DNA of 64,000 bases from a virus. Positions 21,649 to 30,946 of this stretch are shown here, one piece after another. The DNA lies in the IMG/VR virus record IMGVR_UViG_3300037141_000279, positions 32,296 through 96,295 of that record; one strand, 5' to 3'. Position numbers and translations under genes: made by a program. The notes under the pieces were generated by a model. The model had not been told where the DNA came from. It did no database searches and saw only the letters and a list, made by a program, of their open reading frames with translations. The first letter of the stretch is position 1. Every line of letters begins with the position of its first letter.

Positions 21649-21974
21649 TGTGGCGTGCGGTCACTGTGCGCATCCTGGTGGCACTTCGGGCAGATGAAGA
21701 CCGAATTATCCAGCGAGATTTCGCCACCCTTGCCGCGGTGCTTCTGTTCGTGCATGTGTCCTGACTTTTCAGTCACTGGCGTGGCGCACAACTCACATTC
21801 ACCTTTACATCGGAGCCAAAGTTGATGCCTTATATCTGCGACGACAGGCGCATAAAACGCTTGGGTGATATCCTTGCCTGATGCTTGTGCGAATGCCTGT
21901 GCTGATTTTCGATTTTTGAAAATACGAATCGCATGCTCTGTTTTGTTTATCTCTATCCAAACAAGTTTTCTCAT
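21630..21974 (-). CDS. HNH endonuclease-like protein
   Basis: CELC...HMHE...RGKGG...NSVFICPKCH. Confidence 0.75.
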   Translation of the reverse strand: MRKLVWIEINKTEHAIRIFKNRKSAQAFAQASGKDITQAFYAPVVADIRHQLWLRCKGECELCATPVTEKSGHMHEQKHRGKGGEISLDNSVFICPKCHQDAHSDRTPHWSKKK

Positions 21975-22420
21975 TTATATTTCTCCAAATAATCGGCGCA
22001 GGCACGCAAACGCTCCACTGATTCTTTGGCGTTTCCAATGGTAAAATTGCACGGATGGCATAAAATTCCACGAATCTGCTTCGTGGTGTGGTTGTGGTCC
22101 ACACACCAAGGGTTAATCATTTTGCGTTTTTTAGGATAATACCCAACTTTAGAACTTCTGCATGATGCGCACTTACGCCCCTGCTTTTCAAACTTGATTG
22201 CTTTTTCTTCTGCTGTGATGCCGTAGGTTCTTTTTACTCTGGACCTGCTTGCAGTTAACGCGTGCTGTTTCTTATGACTTCGTCCCCACAATTTAGAACG
22301 AAGCCGACCGCAAGAAAGACAGTACGAATCAACTTTTCCTTTTCGTGTGATTTGACGAGGCTTCCGATGACATCTGCAACAGAGGCCTTTCGGCTTTACC
22401 CATGTCTTATTCTTCTGCAC
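21971..22420 (-). CDS. Endonuclease VII-family nuclease
   Basis: QGRKCASC...VDHNHTTKQIRGILCHPCN. Confidence 0.85.
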   Translation of the reverse strand: MQKNKTWVKPKGLCCRCHRKPRQITRKGKVDSYCLSCGRLRSKLWGRSHKKQHALTASRSRVKRTYGITAEEKAIKFEKQGRKCASCRSSKVGYYPKKRKMINPWCVDHNHTTKQIRGILCHPCNFTIGNAKESVERLRACADYLEKYK

Positions 22421-23033
22421 TATGCGCCCCCAAAAACTCCATAGCCCATTTTAGCACAACATCCTTCCTTTGCATAGACGCAGAAATAGTTTTTTTCGTC
22501 GCGGGCTCGCAGTGTTCAGCCGCTTTGATTGCATCTTCAATCGTCGCGCGGTCTTCAGGCGAGACGTAGAAAGAAAAATCTAAGTCCATCCAATCCCCCG
22601 ACTCTTCAGGCATTTTGAGGGTAGTAGCTATCAGTTTGTGAAGGTCTTTAACTGTGATTTTTGAGTCAAGAGCCGCCTCAAATAGCGTTTGAGGTAAAAC
22701 GATGGCATAGTCCTTGGCTTGCCTCAACTTCATCGCCTTTGATATACCCATAACCTCTAATTGGGCGAGAGTAAACGTGTCACTTAAATCCCTAACTGTC
22801 AAGAAGTACCGATGAAGGACTGCCGCTGATTTCTTCGACACCATCGCAACCTCCCGCAGATAGTCGCGAAAGGTATCATGGTTGATTCGCCAATATTGCA
22901 TCTCGGAAACCTCAAGCAGCAACCACCCCAAAGTTGCGTACCCACGCTCGCACTCATCTTCAGCTTCTGAGAGACCACACGCTTGGTTATTCACACGACC
23001 CAAGACGTACTCACCTGTTCTTGGTTCTTCCAT
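22407..23033 (-). CDS. Hypothetical protein
   Basis: 208 aa, coupled to both neighbours. Confidence 0.6.
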   Translation of the reverse strand: MEEPRTGEYVLGRVNNQACGLSEAEDECERGYATLGWLLLEVSEMQYWRINHDTFRDYLREVAMVSKKSAAVLHRYFLTVRDLSDTFTLAQLEVMGISKAMKLRQAKDYAIVLPQTLFEAALDSKITVKDLHKLIATTLKMPEESGDWMDLDFSFYVSPEDRATIEDAIKAAEHCEPATKKTISASMQRKDVVLKWAMEFLGAHSAEE

Positions 23034-23034
23034 A

Positions 23035-24690
23035 TTAGGCTCCACACTCCCCACCTTTTGAAAGTTCACAGGCGTTACCTGCCTCTTCAAATACCTCACC
23101 CACATGTTTCAACGCTTCTGACAGCGGAGCGGCGTTCAGCGGCTGCCCGTCCCGAGCCCCGTCTGGGTACACAGTGATGCCGCGCATCTTCGGAAGATAT
23201 TTCAAAAGCATCTTACCGAACGACTGCACGGTGTTTTCGTTGTTCAGCTTAGAACCCCAAGCGGGCAGATTTATTGTGCTGGATATTGAATGATCAACAT
23301 ATTGCTGAACCCACGCCTGAAATGCTGTGCGGCGTTCCACATCTTCAGCTAAGGAATAGGCATCTTCAATCAAGTCCAGGGACACACCAGAGTCTAGCAG
23401 TCGTTTCGCAGTCGGGTCAACCACAAACTGATATTGCCAATTTGACCCCTTCAGATATCGCCGTTTGTATGCGGCGCAGAAAATCGGTTCAATTCCAGTT
23501 GTGGTTTCCGCGATGATGCCGATAGTCCCGACAGGAGCAATCGCGCGGGTCTTGACGGGTTGAGACAAATCCCATTTGTCCGCGTACGGTTTCACCAGCA
23601 CGCCCGACTGCGCGTAGACCTGCAGATATTTCTCCAACTCTTCGTCTGCGCCGTACCTCTTACCGTGTACCAGCAACCATTCGTGAATCCCCATCAGGCC
23701 GAGACCCAGGCGGCGGTTCTTGCTGCGGACTTGGTCAACTTTCGGAAATGGGACATTTGAATAAACCGTACCTGCGAGCAGGAATGCCGCACCCAGTTCG
23801 GTCACTTCTTGCATTTCACCCAACGATTCAATACGGGCTAGATTGATGGAGCCCAAGTTACACACGTCGTTGTCATCCGCCGATGTGACTTCCGTGCATG
23901 CGTTGCGGAGTGTTTCCTTGGAGTTCTTGCCGCAGTCAATTGAAAACCCAGGCTCCCCTGTCTGCAGCATGTGTCGTAAGGCGGACCAATACACCATCTG
24001 AGCCAGAGAGTGTTTTGTGTGTTTCTCGTCGAAATATGCTTCAAAAAATTCATCATTGATTTGAACGCTGATGTTCGTCCCGTCCATCGTCGCTGGGAAG
24101 TTGTAATCTTTCGCTTTCAACGCGCGAACTTCAGGGCTCCAGTTTTTGAGTGTGATGAATTTCATGATGTCGGGATGATCCCAACGAAGCCCCGCCCAAA
24201 TAGCAGAGCGGCGGCTACCACCTTGCATGATGTATCGCCCTGCCTCGTTGACCATCTGCATCAGAGCGAGAGGTCCTGTGGAGAATCCACCTGTTTTCCG
24301 AATCAACCGACCTTCGGCGCGTACCTCACTATAGTCGCTGCCTATTCCACCGCCCGTCATCAAACTGAGTGTAGCCTTCTGCATCAGTTCAGACCAACCC
24401 TCGCGAGAGTCTTCCGCGCGGAACAGGAAGCAATTATTCACTTGGTGGTACAACCGACCTGTCGCCGCCAGATATCGTCCGCCAGGGATAAACTTTCGCC
24501 GAGCAATCAATTGCTGCAATCTCTCGGTGGTTCCTTTTCCAGCATGGACGGCGCGCATCACATGCTTCGGAACACGGTATGCAATGTTATGCCACTGTTC
24601 AGGCATTCCATTTTCTAACGTATGGCTGTACTTCTGCAGCATGATAGTCTCTGCAAACTTACTCAATTCAACCTTCGGTAGTTCAATCAT
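23035..24690 (-). CDS. nrdJ: Class II (B12-dependent) ribonucleotide reductase
   Basis: PGGR, NNCF, GGGIG, RRSA, NACTE, CNLGSINL, GLGLMG, IAPVGT, GIEP; no small-subunit gene in the window. Confidence 0.9.
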   Translation of the reverse strand: MIELPKVELSKFAETIMLQKYSHTLENGMPEQWHNIAYRVPKHVMRAVHAGKGTTERLQQLIARRKFIPGGRYLAATGRLYHQVNNCFLFRAEDSREGWSELMQKATLSLMTGGGIGSDYSEVRAEGRLIRKTGGFSTGPLALMQMVNEAGRYIMQGGSRRSAIWAGLRWDHPDIMKFITLKNWSPEVRALKAKDYNFPATMDGTNISVQINDEFFEAYFDEKHTKHSLAQMVYWSALRHMLQTGEPGFSIDCGKNSKETLRNACTEVTSADDNDVCNLGSINLARIESLGEMQEVTELGAAFLLAGTVYSNVPFPKVDQVRSKNRRLGLGLMGIHEWLLVHGKRYGADEELEKYLQVYAQSGVLVKPYADKWDLSQPVKTRAIAPVGTIGIIAETTTGIEPIFCAAYKRRYLKGSNWQYQFVVDPTAKRLLDSGVSLDLIEDAYSLAEDVERRTAFQAWVQQYVDHSISSTINLPAWGSKLNNENTVQSFGKMLLKYLPKMRGITVYPDGARDGQPLNAAPLSEALKHVGEVFEEAGNACELSKGGECGA

Positions 24691-24968
24691 CAGTTCACCT
24701 TTGGCCGATAGTTGCTCGGCGCGATACCTGGATTCTTTTTCTTGGTCGGCTTCTCGTCGTCTTTCTCGTCGTCAATGGAAGTGAAGATGGTGCCGACGGT
24801 CTGCCGTTTCGATTGCGCGGCACCTGAGGATGCAGGACGCACACAGGGCCAGCAGGCAGATTGCCACTCCCCCTTCGCGTCTTTCTTGGCGTACCCTGCT
24901 TCTGCTTTTCCGCAGAAGCCACACTTGCCGCGGGCTTCAGGGAACGTGTAGTCTGTCGCCTTCACCAT
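24690..24968 (-). CDS. Small Zn-finger protein
   Basis: CGFC...CWPC. Confidence 0.55.
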   Translation of the reverse strand: MVKATDYTFPEARGKCGFCGKAEAGYAKKDAKGEWQSACWPCVRPASSGAAQSKRQTVGTIFTSIDDEKDDEKPTKKKNPGIAPSNYRPKVN

Positions 24969-25303
24969 AAAGTTGCCTCCTGTCGTCTCCAGTTCAGGTA
25001 TCCGGCGATGATGTCGCCGTGACAGAATTCAGGACGACACCAACAACCGAGAATCTCATTATCGTCGATTGTGATGTCAGCCATGTGGCGCAATTTCCAC
25101 TGCTCAGGATCATACCAGTACGCGGCGAATTTTGCAATCACTTCCGCGCGCGTGCCGTCTTTCCCGATGTGGAATGGGTTGTGAAATGGTGACGTCGGGA
25201 TGCCGCCATACTCGCGCCCGATGTAAAGGGTGCACGTTAGTTTCGTGTTCAGGGTGATCTTCACCACTTTAACGGGCACTGGATGCTCGCCTTCTGCGGG
25301 CAA
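24962..25303 (-). CDS. DUF4326 family protein
   Basis: YIGR...NPF.IG.DG.R..VI..F...LGCWC.P..CHGD. Confidence 0.85.
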   Translation of the reverse strand: MPAEGEHPVPVKVVKITLNTKLTCTLYIGREYGGIPTSPFHNPFHIGKDGTRAEVIAKFAAYWYDPEQWKLRHMADITIDDNEILGCWCRPEFCHGDIIAGYLNWRRQEATLW

Positions 25304-25769
25304 GAATAACCGCGCTCGCTCCGCTGCCGCCGTTCGCGAAAAACGTCCGCATGGCTGTTTTCAATTCTCGTTCTGTCAACCCATCGGCGAATTCGGTGAG
25401 TGCCGCTTTGATTTCATCGCCAGGATAAAGATTCAGCAGTTCGGCGACCGAGGTTGCCGACGGCAAAGTTCCCGTCAACTCATAAGTGAGCGAAGCCAAC
25501 TCACCAACGACTGGGTTCTTCAAATCAAGCGGCGCGGGAATTTCACCAGCTTTGCCGAGCCGCGAATCCACCACTTTTAGGTATTCTGAGATAGGGTATC
25601 GAGGCGTCTCAGCCAGCGCGGTGCACCATTCATCGAAATCCCGCGCGACGGCGGCAGCCCCATACGCTTCAGCAAGGAGCCCCAAACGGCTTTTCAGTTC
25701 AGGATACACCCCTCGGGTGTTCTTCAGCACCCGCGCGGCGATCCTGGGTAGTTCTTTCATCAGGTTCAT
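25269..25769 (-). CDS. Hypothetical protein
   Basis: 166 aa; SD GAGG. Confidence 0.6.
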   Translation of the reverse strand: MNLMKELPRIAARVLKNTRGVYPELKSRLGLLAEAYGAAAVARDFDEWCTALAETPRYPISEYLKVVDSRLGKAGEIPAPLDLKNPVVGELASLTYELTGTLPSATSVAELLNLYPGDEIKAALTEFADGLTERELKTAMRTFFANGGSGASAVILARRRRASSAR

Positions 25770-25790
25770 TGTTTGATCCTCTCGCAGTCA

Positions 25791-25987
25791 AATACATTTG
25801 GACATTTGGACAAAGACGGTAACCCCTTGATAATAAGAGAAATGAACGTGTCCAGAAGTCTATCCAGAAGTGTTTGGGACTTCTGGTTACGTGACCAAAT
25901 GTCCAAATGTCCAGAAGTGGTTAAAAGACTTTTGGTCATAGATATATATAATAGAATCATATACATACAAACTTGTCCAAATGTATT
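25791..25987. repeat. Putative replication origin (iteron-like repeats)
   Basis: Multiple TGTCCAAAT / TCCAGAAGT repeats in both orientations, a 14-bp flanking inverted repeat and an AT-rich tract, next to the primase gene. Confidence 0.65.
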
Positions 25988-26000
25988 GTAACTTTCGCAG

Positions 26001-27905
26001 CTAGGAGACATCATCAACACCCTCATAGTGAAGTAAAGGCGAACGCTCCCCATCCATTTCTACCTTCTCTGCCCCAACTTCGTGCATCTCAGGGAGAGAC
26101 CACATCACGCAAGACACAGTTCGATCTTTGTTGTTCGGCGGTTTTGTGCTTGTGGCAGGAACAATAATTGATTGAATCTCCGATTTGATGGGGATTGCAT
26201 CCGCCGCGCGATTCAACGTGCTCCGACTGATGCGTGCTAACGCCTCCGCGCGCGCATAAACCACCTTACTCTCTTTCGGGCCAGATTGAAGTTCCTTCTC
26301 CAGCCACTCAATGGCTTTTTGTTGGGCGATGTTGGGTCGCCCCATCTGTTTTTGTTCAGGCTCAGGTTCTTCCGTGGCTTGGACAGGCACCAAACGCCCG
26401 CCCTCGAACTGAAGAGTGAATTTCTCGGCAGGAGCGTTGCGTGGAAGTATGGTTAAGACCCTCTGGGGGGCTGTGCCGTCGTCATCCTCGGAGAATTCGA
26501 GTACACAGACCGTTTCACAGTTCCGACCCCATGCTTCGCTTCCTGACAGCTTATCCCGCTTGGCGGCGTAATCCTCTCCCCGCTTGGTTTTGGGTGCGCC
26601 GACACTACACACCAAAGCGATGTGGAAGTGAGCGGCGGTCTCTTGTAGTTGGCGCATGAACGGCGACACGACAGACTTCTTGTTGGCATCATCAAGAAGC
26701 ATGTCCAGCCCCTCGATGAAGATGACGTTTGGGGTTGGGTTCATCTTTTCAATTTCATTGATAATCCCCTGCACAGCGTCCGTCCCGAAAGCAAGCGGAA
26801 GCGGAGTCGTAGGGATATCTGTCGGAAGGAGGTTCAACCTTCGCATTGTGCGTGTAAACGCGTTCCTGCCTCGGTCGTAAGCCAGGACTTGAAACGTGTA
26901 TTTATGGGTACTGTGTTCGAGCACAGGATATCCTTGCTTTTGTTTATGCAGCATTTCAAAAATCCAGGTTGTCTTTCCTGTGCCGCTTGCCCCGCCGATC
27001 AGGCTGATGTCACCGAGTGGAAACCACCCATCCTCTTGTCCATTCGCAGGCGCAACCACATAATCACCATCAGGGTCAGGCAAAGCAGGAGTGTGAAATT
27101 CAATAGACTCAGAGACGAACACAGGTTTGCCCGTGCGTTCTGTGTCTATCGCCGCTTTGATGGTACGCTGGCGATAATCGGCACGATCCCGCCATTTATC
27201 CCGCTGCCCAAGAGCCGAGAACCCGAAAAACTTCTCCATCTTCGCAGGATCGTTTTGCGTGAGTCGTGCCAATTCACGCATCAGGGCGTAGTCGGCACTG
27301 GAATCATCCCCCTCGAATGTGGACGTATCTCCCAACCACAGCAGCTTGAATTTTTTATCTTTATTTTTGGTGATCAGCATGTACGGGAGGGTCATATCGG
27401 CGATGGGGTTCACATCATGGCCGATGACTTTTTCCCCTGTCATTGTGAAATATCTGCCGCCCTCTCGACCGTGGTAGATTTCAATGCCGACGTGACCTTG
27501 AGATAGTTTGCGCCCGCCCTCGGGGAGAACGTCACACTCCACAAAAGCGTGCAGACCTCGCCCACTGGGAGAAGTTTCGGTGTACGGACTGCCGAGAAGG
27601 TTCAAAATCGATAAGGCGTATGGGTCGATGATGCCTTTGTTCGTGATGGCGCTGTCAAAATCAATTCCCACAAGGTTGGTGCCGCCGAGTTCAAATCCAA
27701 CGCCGTTGTAATCCCCACCTTTTAGGACATCGGCAGCATCCATCGCCTGTTCAAAAGTAGTCCAGGTGTTGGGGTCGTCCGCCTTCGCCATGGCTCCTGT
27801 CTTTGCATTGAATGGGACCTTGGTTTCCTTGCCATCTCGAACAAGTGCTTTCCAGCACACCCAGTTCGGGCGTTGTTTGAGCACATCAGGAATATCATTC
27901 AGCAC
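26001..27905 (-). CDS. Primase-polymerase (NrS-1-like) fused to AAA helicase
   Basis: NWVCWK...KVP, DFD, ETSPSGRGLH, RYFTMTG, DDSSAD; Walker A GASGTGKT. Confidence 0.85.
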   Translation of the reverse strand: MLNDIPDVLKQRPNWVCWKALVRDGKETKVPFNAKTGAMAKADDPNTWTTFEQAMDAADVLKGGDYNGVGFELGGTNLVGIDFDSAITNKGIIDPYALSILNLLGSPYTETSPSGRGLHAFVECDVLPEGGRKLSQGHVGIEIYHGREGGRYFTMTGEKVIGHDVNPIADMTLPYMLITKNKDKKFKLLWLGDTSTFEGDDSSADYALMRELARLTQNDPAKMEKFFGFSALGQRDKWRDRADYRQRTIKAAIDTERTGKPVFVSESIEFHTPALPDPDGDYVVAPANGQEDGWFPLGDISLIGGASGTGKTTWIFEMLHKQKQGYPVLEHSTHKYTFQVLAYDRGRNAFTRTMRRLNLLPTDIPTTPLPLAFGTDAVQGIINEIEKMNPTPNVIFIEGLDMLLDDANKKSVVSPFMRQLQETAAHFHIALVCSVGAPKTKRGEDYAAKRDKLSGSEAWGRNCETVCVLEFSEDDDGTAPQRVLTILPRNAPAEKFTLQFEGGRLVPVQATEEPEPEQKQMGRPNIAQQKAIEWLEKELQSGPKESKVVYARAEALARISRSTLNRAADAIPIKSEIQSIIVPATSTKPPNNKDRTVSCVMWSLPEMHEVGAEKVEMDGERSPLLHYEGVDDVS

Positions 27906-27913
27906 GAGAGCCT

Positions 27914-28291
27914 CTATTCAAAAAGAATGGTGTTGATTCCTAAATCTGCGCACGCTCGCAAGAAACCTTTTTGTTCTGGTTCGACGATAGACGCTAGTGC
28001 GTAGGTCTCACTCTCGCTTAGTTGGCGCATCGTATGGGTGTTGGCGGGCATAGCGTTAATACTGAGTGCACCTTTACCCCCATTGCACTCTCTACAGGCT
28101 GTGATGTAGTTGCTGAGAGAGTCAGGACCACCGTTCGCCTGCGAAACCATGTGGTCACACTCCAGCGACACCTCTGGCGGTTTTCTGCCGCAGTATTGAC
28201 AGGTGAAATTATCCCGCTGAAGGGTCAGAAAGCGGTCTCGTGGTCTGATACACATAAATGATATTCTACTCCGATTCCTTGCCAAAGTCAA
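27914..28291 (-). CDS. HNH endonuclease
   Basis: RDNFTCQYCG...ECDH...NGG...NYITACRECNGGK. Confidence 0.9.
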   Translation of the reverse strand: MTLARNRSRISFMCIRPRDRFLTLQRDNFTCQYCGRKPPEVSLECDHMVSQANGGPDSLSNYITACRECNGGKGALSINAMPANTHTMRQLSESETYALASIVEPEQKGFLRACADLGINTILFE

Positions 28292-29441
28292 ATTCGTCCA
28301 GTTGTTTTCTCTCTAACAGCATGTCCCGCAGTTCAGGCTTGTTCGCGCAGATGCCTCGCATGCTGCAATTTTCACATTTATTGTTGGGCCAGCGCACGCC
28401 TGATTGCATGGGCCAGAATTCCTTTTCATTCGCCGCCGCGATGTTGATCACGTCGCGCTTGATGGACCGCCCGATATCCTCGGCGCTGTCGGGAGTGATG
28501 ACGGCGCTCTTGAATTGCACGCGCTGCTTGGTGAGTGTGTTCGCCAGCACATGTTTGCCGTGAAGTGAGATGTACTCCGTTTTTGCCGCCTCCACCGCTT
28601 TACTTTTGCCGACGAACAACGTGTTCATTTCCTCTTCGACCTTGGGGTCTGCTGTGACCCAGATGCCGAAATCATCTTTCGCCATGACAGTCACAGCAGT
28701 TCCAGGCAGAAGCCCTGCGTACGGCTCCAGCATTGTCGCGGCATCTCCCTTGGAAATCTCGCGACCCATTTTGCGGAACCACAGGAACGCGACGTTCGGG
28801 TAAGACTTCACCCAGGAGTAGCTGCGAAGCTGCGGGTCCATCACAGTCAACTCGGGTACATCCTTGCCCGACGTTTTGATGTCGATAATGAGCGGTTGAC
28901 CGCCAGGGACGACAGAACTTGAAGTTGGTTTCGTTTCAGCAATCAAGTCGATATACGACGTGAATTCAATCCCTGCCAACTTTGTGCCTGGGAAAACTTC
29001 AAAGTCGGTTTGGACTTGAAAATCCTGCGGGTTGTTCACGACGTACGGAAATGTCGGGTAGAGAATGGCGTATAGCTTGATCAGTTCCTGCCCTGTGCGG
29101 TTCAAGCTATCCCAGTCACGGTCGGTTTTGGAATATTGGTAGCGAATGATTTTCGGCTGACCCTCTGCGGGCTCCACATCCTTGTGCTCGGCCCACAGGC
29201 GGACGAATTCGGCGACAGCGCCCGCGACATCAAGACGGCGCTGGTGATAGAACGTGATGCCCTTCTCCAGCGCGATGCCGAAATGTGTGGACGACCGCTG
29301 CACTTTCTCGGCCCAACCCTGCACGCGCTCAAGGTAATATTTCCTCGCACAATAATTGAAAGAATCGGACCCGCTGTAGGAATGGCGGGTGACGAAAAAT
29401 CCCTTACTGTTGATGTAAAGATGTGGCTTCATTGTGCTCAT
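28266..29441 (-). CDS. PD-(D/E)XK exonuclease (RecB/Cas4-like)
   Basis: SYS...CARKYY; IDL...IIDIKTS; QLRSY; C-terminal CxxC...C. Confidence 0.85.
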   Translation of the reverse strand: MSTMKPHLYINSKGFFVTRHSYSGSDSFNYCARKYYLERVQGWAEKVQRSSTHFGIALEKGITFYHQRRLDVAGAVAEFVRLWAEHKDVEPAEGQPKIIRYQYSKTDRDWDSLNRTGQELIKLYAILYPTFPYVVNNPQDFQVQTDFEVFPGTKLAGIEFTSYIDLIAETKPTSSSVVPGGQPLIIDIKTSGKDVPELTVMDPQLRSYSWVKSYPNVAFLWFRKMGREISKGDAATMLEPYAGLLPGTAVTVMAKDDFGIWVTADPKVEEEMNTLFVGKSKAVEAAKTEYISLHGKHVLANTLTKQRVQFKSAVITPDSAEDIGRSIKRDVINIAAANEKEFWPMQSGVRWPNNKCENCSMRGICANKPELRDMLLERKQLDEFDFGKESE

Positions 29442-30022
29442 TTTACCCCTCGCTGAACCAAAGAATCAATGCCTCGTTGAATGAATGTGGAAAAGTCACA
29501 CAATGCTTGATAGTATACCATCAAAACCTGCTGTATTTCATTTTGGTCCCAGGTAGGGTCCTCTTTTGCCGCCAACAGTAACTCCATCTTCCCTTGCACA
29601 AATTTGAGCCTCTCTTTCGCCATGCTCAAGCATCGGGTGTCGCCCACATTCAGCGGGGTCAGGGAGATTTCCAAAGATGGAGCTTCGGTATTTTCATACC
29701 CCTCTGGGTTGAACGGGGTGTCTGGATTGTCGGAACTTGATGGAGTTGGGGTGATAATCCCTACCGACTCTTTGTATCTATCTATCCAGTAATAAGCGGT
29801 TTTGGGAGGAATCCCCACTTTATGCCACATTGCATAAAGTCCAGGCTCTCCTCGACGGTTCCCTTGTTTCTTCAATGTTTGCTGCCAATCAAAATTCACG
29901 CGGCCAAAAGCCAGCCCATGTTTGTCCGTGGATTGATATGCCAGCCATGCCGCTTGGATTTGCTGTTCGGCGAGAGTTTGGTCAGTATCCTGCATGTTTG
30001 GAATTTCGGCAAGGTGTGTCAA
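29438..30022 (-). CDS. Hypothetical protein
   Basis: ORF track; start uncertain. Confidence 0.55.
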   Translation of the reverse strand: MTHLAEIPNMQDTDQTLAEQQIQAAWLAYQSTDKHGLAFGRVNFDWQQTLKKQGNRRGEPGLYAMWHKVGIPPKTAYYWIDRYKESVGIITPTPSSSDNPDTPFNPEGYENTEAPSLEISLTPLNVGDTRCLSMAKERLKFVQGKMELLLAAKEDPTWDQNEIQQVLMVYYQALCDFSTFIQRGIDSLVQRGVK

Positions 30023-30896
30023 AGTAAGGTAGCCCCCTCTCTAAGTCTTTCACGTAGGCGATCTTGCCTGATTCCTTTTTCATGACGGCAGACCCATCTG
30101 CCAAGGCAGCGTGAAGTTTTTGAGCGATACCGATTCGCTCCGTAGGGATTTTCGGCACCCAAACCCATCGGGTTCCGTGGCGGTGTTTCTCTTCCCGAAG
30201 GATTTTTTTGTCTTCGGGGACCTGATTCCAAAAATCAGGCTCGGAATGGTAGTTGTTGTATTGGTCTAAATTGCGAATGGGATACCGCCGCCCGTTCCAC
30301 CAAATCGCTTTTGTTTTCAGAACCTCTTTGACTTTATGAAACCCAGTGGCTCGATATATCAAACCTGTGTGTTTTCCGTCAGGATGGTCGGCACGTACTT
30401 CGTTCGGGTCGGCGTAGCTGAGGACCCGCTGGATTCCCTCTTGTCGGAGAAGTCGAAACATCACACTAAGCACTCGACTCTCGCTGTTTTTAGGGGCGGC
30501 GTCAAGAAGCACTAATCTCCGCAATTCAACAAGGCGCAGATTCCCATTACCGTTGTATTTACGTAGAGTTTGAGTCTGACCTGGAATTCCAAAAATCGCC
30601 GCCCCAAGCATTCGACCTGTCTGTTTATTAACCACCCGATAAGTATGCGTCGGAGTCATACCTTTGGCTGAGTGAGTGTAATGGTGCGCCACAACAAAAG
30701 CCGCAGCTTCTCGGGCAGAGCACGGCTCGACACAGAATTCTGGAAGTTTTTGTTGACTACCTCCGCTATGGTGTTTGTGAAAATGTTTTTTCCGTTGGTT
30801 GTTGGACGGAAACACAAGACTGCAAACCTCACAAATATGGAGCGGAGGAGGCGGAATCGAACCGCCGTCCACGATAGGACTCGTGTGCTCTGCCAT
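29982..30896 (-). CDS. mom: Mom-family GNAT DNA adenine-modification enzyme with N-terminal C2H2-like zinc finger
   Basis: FVVAHHY, GAAIFG, ELRRLV, PKNSESR, VLSYAD, HTGLIYRATGF; CEVC...HFHKHH. Confidence 0.85.
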   Translation of the reverse strand: MAEHTSPIVDGGSIPPPPLHICEVCSLVFPSNNQRKKHFHKHHSGGSQQKLPEFCVEPCSAREAAAFVVAHHYTHSAKGMTPTHTYRVVNKQTGRMLGAAIFGIPGQTQTLRKYNGNGNLRLVELRRLVLLDAAPKNSESRVLSVMFRLLRQEGIQRVLSYADPNEVRADHPDGKHTGLIYRATGFHKVKEVLKTKAIWWNGRRYPIRNLDQYNNYHSEPDFWNQVPEDKKILREEKHRHGTRWVWVPKIPTERIGIAQKLHAALADGSAVMKKESGKIAYVKDLERGLPYFDTPCRNSKHAGY

Positions 30897-30910
30897 TAAA
30901 CTACCTCCGC
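30838..30910 (-). ncRNA. tRNA-Gly-like cloverleaf overlapping the mom RBS and first codons
   Basis: GCGGAGG TA GTTT AATGGCA GAGC A CACGA GTCCTA TCGTG GAC GGCGG TTCGATT CCGCC T CCTCCGC T CCA. Confidence 0.8.
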
Positions 30911-30917
30911 ACTACCT

Positions 30918-30946
30918 ACTTTATCAAACCGATGCAGGGATGTCAA
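30918..30946 (-). promoter_or_regulatory. Sigma70 promoter starting at the tRNA-like element
   Basis: TTGACA-17-TAAAGT, 7 nt upstream of G1. Confidence 0.7.

Noticed and set aside
25927-25944. GACTtttggtCATAGATA on the plus strand, and a similar degenerate copy near 63869-63887, as late motifs
   Set aside because: Spacer length deviates from the invariant 7 bp.
28266-29441. Cas4 as evidence of a CRISPR system
   Set aside because: A solo PD-(D/E)XK nuclease in a replication module is common in phages.
30838-30910. Calling the mom-leader cloverleaf a functional tRNA or amber suppressor (CTA in the loop)
   Set aside because: The 6-nt loop lacks standard anticodon geometry, and TAG is used as a normal stop in this genome.
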